Assembly: GCA_964016885.1 (NCBI GenBank)
Contig: CAXHJY010000237.1
Coordinates: 1 to 64,000, forward strand
Reading direction: 5' to 3'
DNA: 64,000 bases
Origin: Eledone cirrhosa
Lineage: Eukaryota
Position 1 is the stretch's first letter. The number at the start of each line of letters is the position of its first letter. Shown here piece after piece: positions 19,306-31,098 of this stretch. The notes beneath the pieces were generated by a model, which saw only the letters and a list, made by a program, of their open reading frames with translations, was not told the DNA's origin and did no database searches. The position numbers were made by a program, and so were the translations under genes.

Positions 19306-20533
19306 TGTATATATATGTGTGTGTGTGTGTGTTTATGCAGCTGTAAATATATGTATTTTCATGTGCATATGAATGCTCATGGGGAAATGATATGCTCACT
19401 TGAAACATGGCCCATTTGGATTCACTGTTGAGCTGCTAGTAGTTTAACAGCTTAAAATATATTAAGATTAGGGTTGTATAGGGGAGTTTCACAGACATTT
19501 GATGTGCTAGTATATATTATTAACTTGAGACACCCAATGCAGTATGTCTTTTGGATATAGATGTGTGGGTGGTTGTATTATCATGTGGTATTGTACACAC
19601 AGGAATGGTGAGGAATGGATGCGTTCATTGAAACTGGTGATGTATTTAGTCAGTGATGTAACAGTCAAATGTGTGTTTGCATATATGTATATGCACAGTT
19701 ATTTACATCTCTCTCTCTACATATATATATATATATAAACATACAGGTAGTCTGAGTGACTGTGTGTATGCTTGTACGTGTGCGTGCGTGTTTGTATGTC
19801 TGTATGCGTACATATCTGTGTGTACGTGTATGTAGGTATGAGTAAGTATGCATGTATTTATATGTATATGTGAGTGTTTGTGTATGTATATATATGTGTG
19901 TGTATTTAGTAAATGGCAGACTACACCATATAATAATATACTTCAGTGAATTAATGGGGTTTTTTCTCGTTAATAATCATGTTTTATTTATTACAAAATA
20001 CAATTAGCTAACATGTCATAGCATACATATATTGTCATACAGTCTTTAATGGAGTATCTAGCTATCCAGCCATTTCTCTGTGTGTGTGTATATCCATCTA
20101 TCTATCTACCACACAGTTCCATTCCTCTCTCTATATATGTATTTATAATGAGATATTTGTATTGTTTGGGTGGGAAGAGAAACAGAATTATGTATGATAG
20201 GTAAATATGTGTGTACTATAGAAAATATACATCTGTACGTTTAATTCCCTCTCCCCCTATCTCACTAAAACAGTCACCATCATCACCATCCTTATCACCA
20301 CCACCATCACCACCATTATCAGCTGCTAATAGCATCAATATTAAAGATGGTGCATCATTAGCCACAGCAATTACACGTTAAAAGACTTGAAATGTCAAGA
20401 GCAGAAACGACAGCCAAAAACATAATCTAAACAGAAACAACAGCAATAACAACTACAGCAGCAATAGTAACAGCAGCAGCAACAACAGCAGCACAACAAC
20501 TACAGCAAGACAATTATTAATAGTATTAATAAT

Positions 20534-20722
20534 TATTGTTTCTACTTTTGGCTCAAGGCCAGCAATTATCCTAGTGTATTAATGGTACTTTATTCTATCG
20601 ACCCTGTAAGGATGAAAAGCAAAGTTAACCTTAGCGGGATTAAAACTCAGAATGCAAAGGGCCATAACTATGCTGCAAAGCATGGCGTCCGACCCTCTAC
20701 CGATACTGCCAATCCACTGCCC
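20534..20722 (-). mobile_element. SINE family 1 with TSD
   Basis: Full body with A/B-box-like head on the minus strand. TSD TAGTATTAATAAT at 20521-20533 and 20723-20735. Confidence 0.9.
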
Positions 20723-20949
20723 TAGTATTAATAATAATGACCATATTATGAATTCATAGGAATATATTCTTTAGGTTACATGCTGCTGTGTACAGACATA
20801 CCTATATGTATACAGATGTACACATACACATATGTATATTTGCACACATGCAGACATATCTGTATACATATTTCTATAACTGTTTCATCTATTATACCCC
20901 TCCCCAACTCATCATTACTGAAAGGTGCTGGTTTATGTCATCAGTCACA

Positions 20950-21500
20950 TGTGGTCGGCATGGAAGGAATATCATTTTCTTATCATATTTAGATGTGGTG
21001 AGACTAGGAATTCTGTGATGCACGCTATTTTGTGAAGTTGCGTTGTCGGAAGAAAGGAAACTGTTTCATAACAATATCTACAATACACTATAATTCGCCT
21101 GACTGGCCATAACAGTGTTATAGATACATGCTAGTCCTACTACCAACAATTTCTGTGCAAATGATTTGGCATTCTGTGGTTAATAATGCCCAGACATGGA
21201 CTAAGGCTGCTGGGGCATCTGTAGAGATTATTAGGGGACGATGAGAAATTGTGCTCAATTTTGGGAGGGCACCTTTTCATGCTGCTCAACCTTTCAGTAG
21301 AAGTACAGTCTTGAACCAAATTAAAACCAATATCGCGCTCCTACCTTATGTAGTCTTGTCATGCACTCCCTACTCTCAACCAGTCAAGCAAAGTGGTTTA
21401 TTGAATTCTATAGACAACTAGATCAACACCCAATGATTTTAATCTCAGTAGCTACAAGCAGCGAACTTCAGTCAACCAGGTCTTCTGAGAGGTATACTGA
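20950..21500 (+). mobile_element. Possible decayed Gypsy-type integrase fragment
   Basis: GC-richer island. Near 21365-21420 it reads TPY..P..(N)G.FIEFYRQL across frameshifts, resembling 'TTPYHPQSNGLVERFHRQL'. Confidence 0.4.
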
Positions 21501-22669
21501 GGGACGAAACTGTTCTGCTTGCATTGTCACAGTCCCAGTGTTACTGACTCATACAGTTATGTCAAATAGCTGTTATTATTGCATGGAAAATGGATTGAAA
21601 TATTTATTGATTGATTCTATTAGCCTTTCCTTGGCCGGGAAGAGCAGGCATTTTTTCTGTTTCGTGGCCATAATAAAAGAGACACCATGGTGGAAATATT
21701 GAAAATACTGATGGCAGACACTTTTCTCCTCATCAAACCTCTTAATAACTTTTACGTTTTATTCACTCTTTATAATAAATGGCAAGGAGAGAAAGAGGTG
21801 GTGGCCTTCTGCTACATTCCTGTACACATGGCTACCGAACTGTCCTGATCTCGCATAATTCTACAGTTAATAATTAACATAAAAATATAAGACAATTATA
21901 GAATTTCCAATGCTAGACTACATCAAGTGAAACATTTCATCTTGATGGTTAAATTTCATGTACTTAGCAAAGCTTTCACAGACAGAGAAAGCAGGCAAGC
22001 ATGGCGAACCTATTTTTTCATCTTTCCAATAGATTTTCTTTCCTTCTACAATATCCGGCAATCATTATTGGTGTTTTAGTTGTTGTTATCACTAAACTTG
22101 TTTCTTGTCGTCTTCTTTTCTCTAATGGAGGTCGTTTTCTAGTTGTTACTATATTTTTTTTCACTTTTTGGCCTATGCTATACATTTCCGGTCATTGCAT
22201 TTTGCGATCGAACTGACATTTTCATAAAGTTTAATTATTTACTTCAAAGTGAAGCGATCAGTAAATAAAGGAAATATCATCATCATCATCATCGTTATCA
22301 TCACTGTCATCATTAATAGCATTAACATCATTATCATCAATTACATGATATCATCATCATCATCATCATAGTAAACTTCATCAGAAACAGTTTTTTCATC
22401 ATTTGTATCATATTTAGCCGCCACACCCATTACTGTCATAATTTTTACCATCGTTAACATTAACTTTGTCTCACAAAGTGTTTGCCGCATTGCTTTTAAT
22501 TTTAACTTTGTTATTCTCTTTGATCTGTTAATTAAATGTTGATATATTTTGGTGCAGAAATCGCTGTAAAACTGCTATGAGATTGTTAGTGATGTGTGTA
22601 GGTAACAATCAGTTTCAGGTGTGTCTTAATACTGTGGGATAATACCTGTGTAGAAGTTATGATGTTTAA

Positions 22670-22880
22670 CCCTTTAGCATTTGCATTTCTCTATATATAC
22701 TATTGTATTTTTGTGGGAAAGGCTTTATCTTATATAATTATCTCACATAATATCGAATCTACAGGATTTTGATGTTATTTATTTTGAGAACAATACCTTA
22801 ACGTCAGTATAAGCAGCTGGTTTGAACAGAGAGAGGAGAGAGAATTCTGGCTGGATACAACCAGTTTAAATGCTAAAGGA
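22670..22880. mobile_element. piggyBac-type MITE
   Basis: TIRs CCCTTTAGCATTT / AAATGCTAAAGGA flanked by TTAA at 22666-22669 and 22881-22884. Confidence 0.8.
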
Positions 22881-25495
22881 TTAAGCTGTTTCTTAGTACT
22901 GAAGAGCAAGAGAGCTGTTGAAAAACTCTCCGTTCATAGTCTAGGAAATAATTGTTACCTACTTGCTGCCTTCCGAAGTTTATTAGTTTCCAATTCATGA
23001 ACACGAGGTAGCTACTAAATGTGTGTTGAACAATAAAAAACCTGGAAGTTGTTAAGTACTGGAGGGTGACCATAAGATGTCACTTATGTCATTTATTTGT
23101 GAAAAATATGGCACATTTGATCAGCAACTGCCAGCAAATGTCATTAAGCTCTTATCTTCATATAAAACACGGTTTTGTTGTTTAATGCATAGGGACAACT
23201 TTAGGGAATGTATTGTTTGGGAATAGAGAAATGAAATGTGGCATTGTTGAAGTTAGTTGATTGCAGATCTTAACATCTCATTCAAATTTAATGAGGAATA
23301 AATAGTTATGTTCAAATACATGAAAATCTACTGACGTTTTACTCAGATTCTGACCGCATCTACTTTGTCTTGAGTAATAACAACTTTAATATTCTATATA
23401 AACATTGTTTTTATCACAATTGAAAGTATGTATACATTTTTGAAGGACACTCTGAATGCTGAGACCGATAGCTTAGTAACAACTGACCTCAAGTGAAGTA
23501 AGTATTTTAGTGTACGAATGAAACATCGGAATACAACTAATATCTGAATCATTAAGCAATAAAATATTGATGTGTGTATTTACATCAGTAGATGAAGTTG
23601 TGAAGATTATCAACAAAAGAAAAATAATGATGTCATAGGTGACAGCTTATTCGCCATATTGCTCATCATTTCAATACTTTCTTGTGAATAAGCAAGAGTA
23701 AGTATTCAGGACATATGGATACAGTTCAAGTGTAAGTAGTTGTCACTTCAGGAAATATCAACAAAATAAACACCTGCTTCTTTTATGTCATTTCCAGTTT
23801 CTTCTTTACAAACATTTCTGATAGTTTGGAGCCATCATCAATTAAATGACAACACAACTAGATTTTTAATAAAGCGATTTCGAAGAAGAAATCTTGAGAG
23901 GAATAATTGAATATATTCAATAACAAAATCAAAACAAATGTACGATGTAACATCAAAAGGAATGGAAAACATCTTATCATACCTATTCAGCTAAGCATAG
24001 ACCACGTCGTACCTGGTGAAATATTTATTGAGAGAACCAGTAGCAGGCATCAACTGGTGGCCTATCAAAACATAAAAACAAAAAACAACAATATTTAATT
24101 TCTAAGATACAAAATTATTAAAACAATACATTAATAATTCTTGTCGCATTAGTATTTCTATTTAGTTATTCTAAATAGAATAAATAACAAAAACGATGGG
24201 AAACTTCTTATATCTCTTCAGCTAAGTATAAATTATATCGTACCTGGTGTATATATTTATTGAGAGAATCATACATTACTTTTCTTGTAGATGATGTGTA
24301 GGATTCATTGGTTTACATAGTCTTTTAGTACCTACTTGTAAGTAAATTTTACTTAGGGATTCTCTCATCACTATTTACACAAGTATAAGGATGTTTGTTT
24401 TTGCTGAAGACGTCTAGTTAGCTGGAAACATGTCTAGAGTTGTGATACGTGCTTGCTGAATTGATTACAATATTAATTGCTAAGCTAATTACATTTTTCC
24501 TCAGTTCTTGCAGTTATAATTAGACATTTTTATGCTGACTACATTAAATATCTTAACAAATATACAAATATTTTTTTTATTGCTGGTTGCTTACATGAAT
24601 AAGCCAATGAAATTGAAGTGAGACGAAGATTCCCACTTAAAATGCCTTCATTAACATTACAAACCAATGTGTAATTAAACGAATTGATTAATAGTGAATG
24701 GATCCGTTCCTTCAAGGTCTCCTAATAAAGCGGTTTGCTTGACATTTTACTTAAATAACTGAAGAATTAAATAAATAATTAAAATATATGAAATCTTCTA
24801 TGATATAAACAAATAGGATATTGCTTGTGAGAAGTATGGGACATCAGTAACCAAAGATCTTGAAAAATGAACAATGAGATAAGGAACAATTAAACAACAG
24901 AGCATTCAATGAATTCTTGACTACCAAGATTCAACTAATTACAGTCAGCAACACAAGCTGTATTTAAATTAAAATTAAAATGAAACGTTAGTGGAAATAA
25001 GACAAAGTAATTGCAAATGGAAGGTGTTAGTCATTTTTACTATATGCTGTGCATGAACAATTACACAAAAGAACAGTGAGAAGATGTGTATTTTTTAAAC
25101 ATTTTTTAGAATGTAAACACATCTATGTGAGTGCAAGGCCTTCAATATGCTTTTATTTTCTTTTTCATTTAATCGAAAGATTCTGACAACTTAAGTCAGA
25201 TGTTAGTTTTATGTGAAGTATTGTAGAATTTTTGAAGAGAAGAAAAATGGAAAGAAATGTTAAAGATTTTGCTAAGCTAACCAAAGTCATAAAATTTTAA
25301 ATGAGCCGAACAAAATGGTTGGGTGCGACATGAGGACGACAAAATGAGAGAAAGAGGGGGAGAAAGAGAGAATGAGACAGGTAAAAAGAGAAAGAAAGTG
25401 AGAGACAGAAACATTACAGAGACAGAGAAACAATTATATATATATATATATTTATACATACACACACAGATATATATATATATATATATATATAT

Positions 25496-25949
25496 TCATC
25501 ATCATCGTTTAACGTCTATCTTCCATGCTAGCATGGGTTTAGACGGGAATTGTCTCACGTGAGGCAAGATTGGTCGTCTCGCTCGTATAGGACTGTCTGG
25601 CGGGTTTTCTACGGCTAGATGCCCTTCCTAACACCAACCACGTTTACAGTGTGGACTGGGTGGTTTTTACCGTGTTACCTACACGGCCACATTACAGCGT
25701 GGACTGTGTGTTTTTTTTTTGTCATGACACCTACACGACCTCATTTATTTAGGACTGGATGTTGTGGCACCAACATAACTTTACAGAGAAAGGGGTGGTG
25801 TAGATGGGGGTGGGGTAGGGGTAGTGAGATGGTGGTGTATTTTTGGTTAGGAGGTGCCTACTGACTGTAGGTTTCGCTTTGTACTTAGGCAAGGTGGGTC
25901 TTCTGTATTACTGCATAGTGCCAAGGATCTCGGTCCAGTGACATTGTCT
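25496..25949 (-). mobile_element. Short 5'-truncated RTE LINE (family B): last codons plus 3'-UTR and (GAT)n tail
   Basis: Colinear and highly similar to 29746-30193. Confidence 0.92.
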
Positions 25950-26464
25950 AGAGAGAGGCTGAAGTGGGAACGAGAACTAAAACCTAACAGGAGCAGTATA
26001 ATGTTATAATACTATATAATAATATAAAAGAAAGAAACAACTTATAAAAGAATAAATAAGTAATGACAAATAACAAAGATAGAAAACAGATTAGAAAAAC
26101 AATAAAAAAATGAAAAAGTCAAAACAAAATGAAAGTAAAGAGAATCAATGTGAAAGAACAAAGGAAAATAAAATAAAAAGAAGGAAGAAACAATCTGCTT
26201 AATGACAATGTGGTTAATTATATCTTTTGTATGTTCTTCTGCGTATTGAGATAGAATTGTGGTGTTAACGTTTGAAAATAGAAGAATGATTTTGTAATAT
26301 TCTCTTCTTTCAAGTTAACAGTGAAAAGCTTTGCTGAAATAATTGGGATATGGTTCAGAAAGCAGGCGTTAACTCAGACATTGAACAACTATTCAGATGA
26401 CATGCATTGCATCACTATCATTATGATCGTCGTAAAAATATAATAACATCAATAATATGAATAA

Positions 26465-26568
26465 TGGTTTCTGATTGAGGCACAAGACCAGAAATATGAA
26501 GGGGAGGGGGGGTAAGTCGATTAAATCGAACCCCAGTGTATTACTGCTACTTTATTTTATCGACCTCA
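26465..26568 (-). mobile_element. SINE family 1 3' half
   Basis: GGCACAAGACCAG...GTCGATTAAATCGAACCCCAGTG...TTTTATCGACCTC. Confidence 0.75.
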
Positions 26569-28191
26569 CAATAATTCACAGTATTAATGTGGTCGACCTC
26601 ATCACGTCATTATCATCACCATTATAGGTGGAAGAGGAGAAGGTGAGTTTTGGGGATGAGAGGCTGTCTTTGTTGTTGCAATGTTGATGATTGGAGAAGA
26701 CCAAATTGCAGCAGCCTTTGTTTCCCTGAGAGAATCTACATCTTTAACCAACATTCCTTATGCAGCAGTTAAAAGAGGTGAAGTCATTTCGACATGATAC
26801 TGTGGTTCCATGCCTAATATTTTCCCTGATGGATGAGCGATATCAACCGAGAATCTACACCGTCTACAGCCTCTAGAGTGATTCAATTCATTTTCATTCT
26901 AACCAACTGACGAGTACACTTGATCTGATTTTAATTTGCCCAACTATGGAGGATTTACATTCAAGTTTACCTAATCTTTCAATGTCAATTATATTTGAAC
27001 TGTAGTGTTTGTTTATTTACAACTAGCTACCATAAATCGATTTGTCTTAACGTTTGTTTTCACTTTTACATTCTCATCAAATTAATAATGATATATATGC
27101 TATTATATTTAAATTTTTGTTTCTCTCTCATATATATATATATAATGTATGTAAGCGTGAATATATGTGTGTATTTTTCAACTTCATTTTTTTTTCAATT
27201 CTATAAATTGTAATACGATAAAATAGATATTATAAAACCTTGATGTAATATTAATTTAATGTCTTTAGTTCTATATATCTATATATAGAACTAATCTGTT
27301 CAAATGATAAGTAAAATGAAGTATGTGTGTGTGTGGGGGCAATGAAAACGTACCAGTCACCTACTGAGGTCGGTTTTTCATCTCTATCTCTCTCCATCCT
27401 TTTCTGAAATAAATGGGTAGTGTTCAGACCCATATTACATTTGTAAATAGATTTTTGTTATTCAGTCAATTTTTAATAGGAATAAAAAAAGTGATATGAT
27501 TTTAAAATCCTAGAAATAGGTTTTGAAGCCAAGTTTTAGATTAACATTTTCAAGATAGCCAAAGAGAAAAAGAAAAAAACAAATAATATACATCAATATT
27601 ATCAACTTGTTCAGGAATTAATGTAGATTTTTAAACACTTAAAACGATAAAACATTTGGTGGTTGTTTAGTTGTGGAAGGATTGAAAGTGGTAGTTGAGT
27701 GGTGAAAGTTCCAGTGTGTGTGTGTACTGAATAAGGCAGAGCTATGAATACTTCATATTATAATGTCAGATCATCTGTTGATTAAAAATGAGCTTTTATT
27801 GTTGTTTTGTGTCGATATTAAATAAATTTGATGTAATTATTAAATTCTTTAAAGTATAATAAAACATAAAACCTATTCCATTTGACAATGATAAAATAGA
27901 TGCATCACGCTTTAAATATAATTTACACATTAATTCTGTCAAATATGTAACTAACGATATAAACATATTTAGTTTTTGATTACACAGCATTTTCTCTCTA
28001 TGTATACATACATACATAACTACATACAAACATATATACATAATACATATATACATACATTGTCATAATAATTCTTAACATGTAAACGATCACATTTTGT
28101 CATTTTATAGTTTTTTTTATTCTACAGTATTTTGTTGGTTTCCTAATTTAATTTAATATTACTATTGTTTCTTATTATTATCATTGACAGT

Positions 28192-28772
28192 GGTGGATTG
28201 GCAGTATTGGTAGAGAGTCGGACGCCATGCTTTGCAGCAAAGAGTTACGGCCCTTTATGATCTGAGTTCAAATCCCGCCGAGGTTAACTTTGCCTTTCAT
28301 CCTTACGGGGGTCGATAAAATAAAGTACCAGTAATACCCTGGGATAATTGCTGGCCTTGTACCAAAAGTAGAAACAATTATTATCATTGACAGTATTGGT
28401 AGAGCATCGGATATAATGTTTTGCAGCATAGAGTTATGACCCTTTACATTCTGAGTTCAAATCCTGCTGAGGTTAGCTTTGCTTTTCATCCTTACGGTGT
28501 CAATAAAATAAGTACCAGTCACTTCCCCTCTCCCCAAATTGCTGGCTTTGTGCCTGTAGTACAAATCATCATTATTATTAATCAAGGCGGTGAATTGGCA
28601 GTATCGATAGAGGGTCGGACGCCATGCTTTGACGCATAGAGTTTCGTCCTTTGCCATTCTGAGTTCAAATCCCGTCGAGTTTAACTTTGCCTTTCATCCT
28701 TATAGGGTCGATAAAATAAAGTACCAGTAATGCACTGGGTAATTGCTGGCCTTGTGCCAAAAGAAGAAACAA
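28192..28772 (+). mobile_element. Three head-to-tail SINE family 1 copies
   Basis: Three TGAGTTCAAATCC (B-box) ... GTCGATAAAATAAAGTACCAG units. TSD-like repeats TTATTATCATTGACAGT (28175 and 28378) and ATTATTATTAATCA (28571 and 28772). Confidence 0.92.
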
Positions 28773-29499
28773 TTATTATTAATCATTGCGTGCATTCTTG
28801 CTAAGCTACAACCAATGTTGTCTAAACTTTAATTTACATACACTGTAGACTTTGCCAAAAAATTGCTGCTAAATATTTGTAAACATTATTATAATTCGAT
28901 AAATTATTATTATTTTCCAAAAATTGAACTTTTGTAAGCAAATAAAAAAAAAACTAAACAAATAGTAAATAAATAAGAAAATATTCCGAAACAAATAAGG
29001 AATAAATACAGGAATAAATATGATTAAAAATTTCATATTTTCAATCACATTTTTTTCCTTTTGTTTTTCTGATTAGATTTAAATCTTTCTTTTATAAATG
29101 AAGCCAAAATTATTGTTTTATTAACATTCTGCTTATTATTTTAAATTTAACTTTCATAACAGATACGTCACGTATATTATAGTTTTTTTTAATTATTTTG
29201 GAATTTATATTCTTCTAGATTTTATTCTATGAAATGTTTATTTATATGTTTACTCCGTTGTAATTAATATTTTGTTGTTGGTGGTTTATTTTGTTCCCTG
29301 ATTATTAAAACGTTATAATTTTCTATTCCAGTTCATCCGAGCAAACATGTCATATAAATAGGGTTAATGGAAATATACTGGCATAAAACAAAGAAAAATC
29401 AAATAATAAATAAAGATGATATTTCAAATTGCCAAATACTTATACTTTAAACTTAATTTGTTTTTATTCACTTTTATAACTATATTTTTTTATCAAGTG

Positions 29500-29637
29500 G
29501 GGGTGGATTGGCTGTATCGATAAAGCAGTAGACAACATGCTTTACGACATTTGGTCAGTCTTTTACATTCTGAGTTCAAATCCAGCGATGTTAGCTTTGT
29601 CTTTCATCCTTATGTTGTCGATAAAATATAGTATCAG
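29500..29637 (+). mobile_element. SINE family 1 5' half, diverged
   Basis: GGTGGATTGGCTGTATCG...CTGAGTTCAAATCC...GTCGATAAAATA. Confidence 0.75.
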
Positions 29638-29745
29638 CAACACATACATACATCGATGTATGCATTCGTTATTAGAGCTGGTCAACCGGATGCAATTTGG
29701 TTTCTTCTATATATCGACACACACACATATATATATATATGTATA

Positions 29746-31098
29746 TCATCATCATCATCATCATCAACGTTTAACGTCCGTGTTCCACGCTTGCATGGGT
29801 TTGGACGGGGGTTTTCCCACTTGAGGCAAGAGTGATTGTCTTGCTCGCATAGGACTGTCTGGCAGGTTTTCTACAGTTGGATGCCCTTCCTAACGCCAAC
29901 CACATTTACAGTGTGGGTCTGGGAGGTTTTTACCGTGTTGCCTACACGGCCACATTACAGCGTGGACTGTGTGTTTTTTTTTTTGTCGTGACACCTACAC
30001 GATCTCATTTGTTTCGGCCTGGATGGTGTGGCACCAACATAACTTTACATAGAAGGGGGCGGTGTGGATGGGACGGGGGTGTATTTTGTTAGAGATGCCT
30101 ACTGACTGTAGTAGGTTTTACTTTGTATTTAGGTAAGGCGGGTCTTCTCTATTACTGAGTACCGCCAAAGGTCTCGGTCCAGTGACATTGTCTTGGTGAG
30201 GTGTAAGTGTGTGAGGTCGGAGTTTATCAGCTCGTCCCAGGTTTTTCTGGGTCTGCCTATTCCGTGGCTACCGTCTATCTTTATTGCCCTGCACTTTGTT
30301 ATACAGCTATCGTCCTTCATGCGCATCACGTGACCATACCAACGTAGCCTTCTCTCTAGTAAACAACATCTGATCCCTCTTATTTCTAATTTTTTCCTTA
30401 GTTCGTTTATGCTTTGTCGTTCACGTATATTGCTATTACACATCCAGCGGAGCATGCAAGCTTCGTTTCTCTCTAGTCTGCGTATATCCTCTGCACACAA
30501 TGCCCAGGTCTCACTGCCATGCAGCATTGCTGTTCGTATGCAGGCATCGTACAACCTGCCTTTCATTTTTAGGGAGAACCCTTTAGCGGCTAATAGTGGT
30601 ATAAGCTCTCTGAACTTTTTCCACCCAGTTCTGACTCTAGCTACTGTACTTTCAGAGCACCCTCCCCCACTGCTGATTTTGTCACCCAGGTAACGGAAGC
30701 TGTCCACTATTTCTATAGAACCCTCTGCGCAGTTGAAAGAGCTAGTATTTTGTGGGCACTTGCTGCTACTTATTGCCCCAGAACACCGGCCACATGTAAA
30801 ATCTATGTTCTTAGTTAGCTTACCTGTGATCCCACTACATCTTTTATGCACCCAAACTTTGCATTTGGGACACAAAATGGAATTTCTACCTACGCCTTTC
30901 CTACACTTCCCGGAGGGGACCGCCGCCTTATTTTCTTTCTTACAAACTAGAACTTTAGTCTTAGCCAGGTTAATTTTAAGGCCTTTTGATTCTAGGCCGT
31001 GCTTCCATGTTTGGAATTTCTTCTCTAGCTCGGCAATTGATTCAGCTATGAGCGTTAGATCATCTGCGTATAGGAGTTCCCATGGGCAGCCGGTCTTG
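29746..31098 (-). mobile_element. 5'-truncated RTE-clade LINE (family B) with YADD motif, open frame 31097-30129, ~380-bp 3'-UTR
   Basis: The minus strand reads KTGCPWELLYADDLTLIAES...GLKINLAKTKV in frame with ORF 30129-30875 (FRYLG, RRLRWYGHV, GRPRKTW). It ends in (GAT)n and is truncated at a (TA)n tract. Confidence 0.96.
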
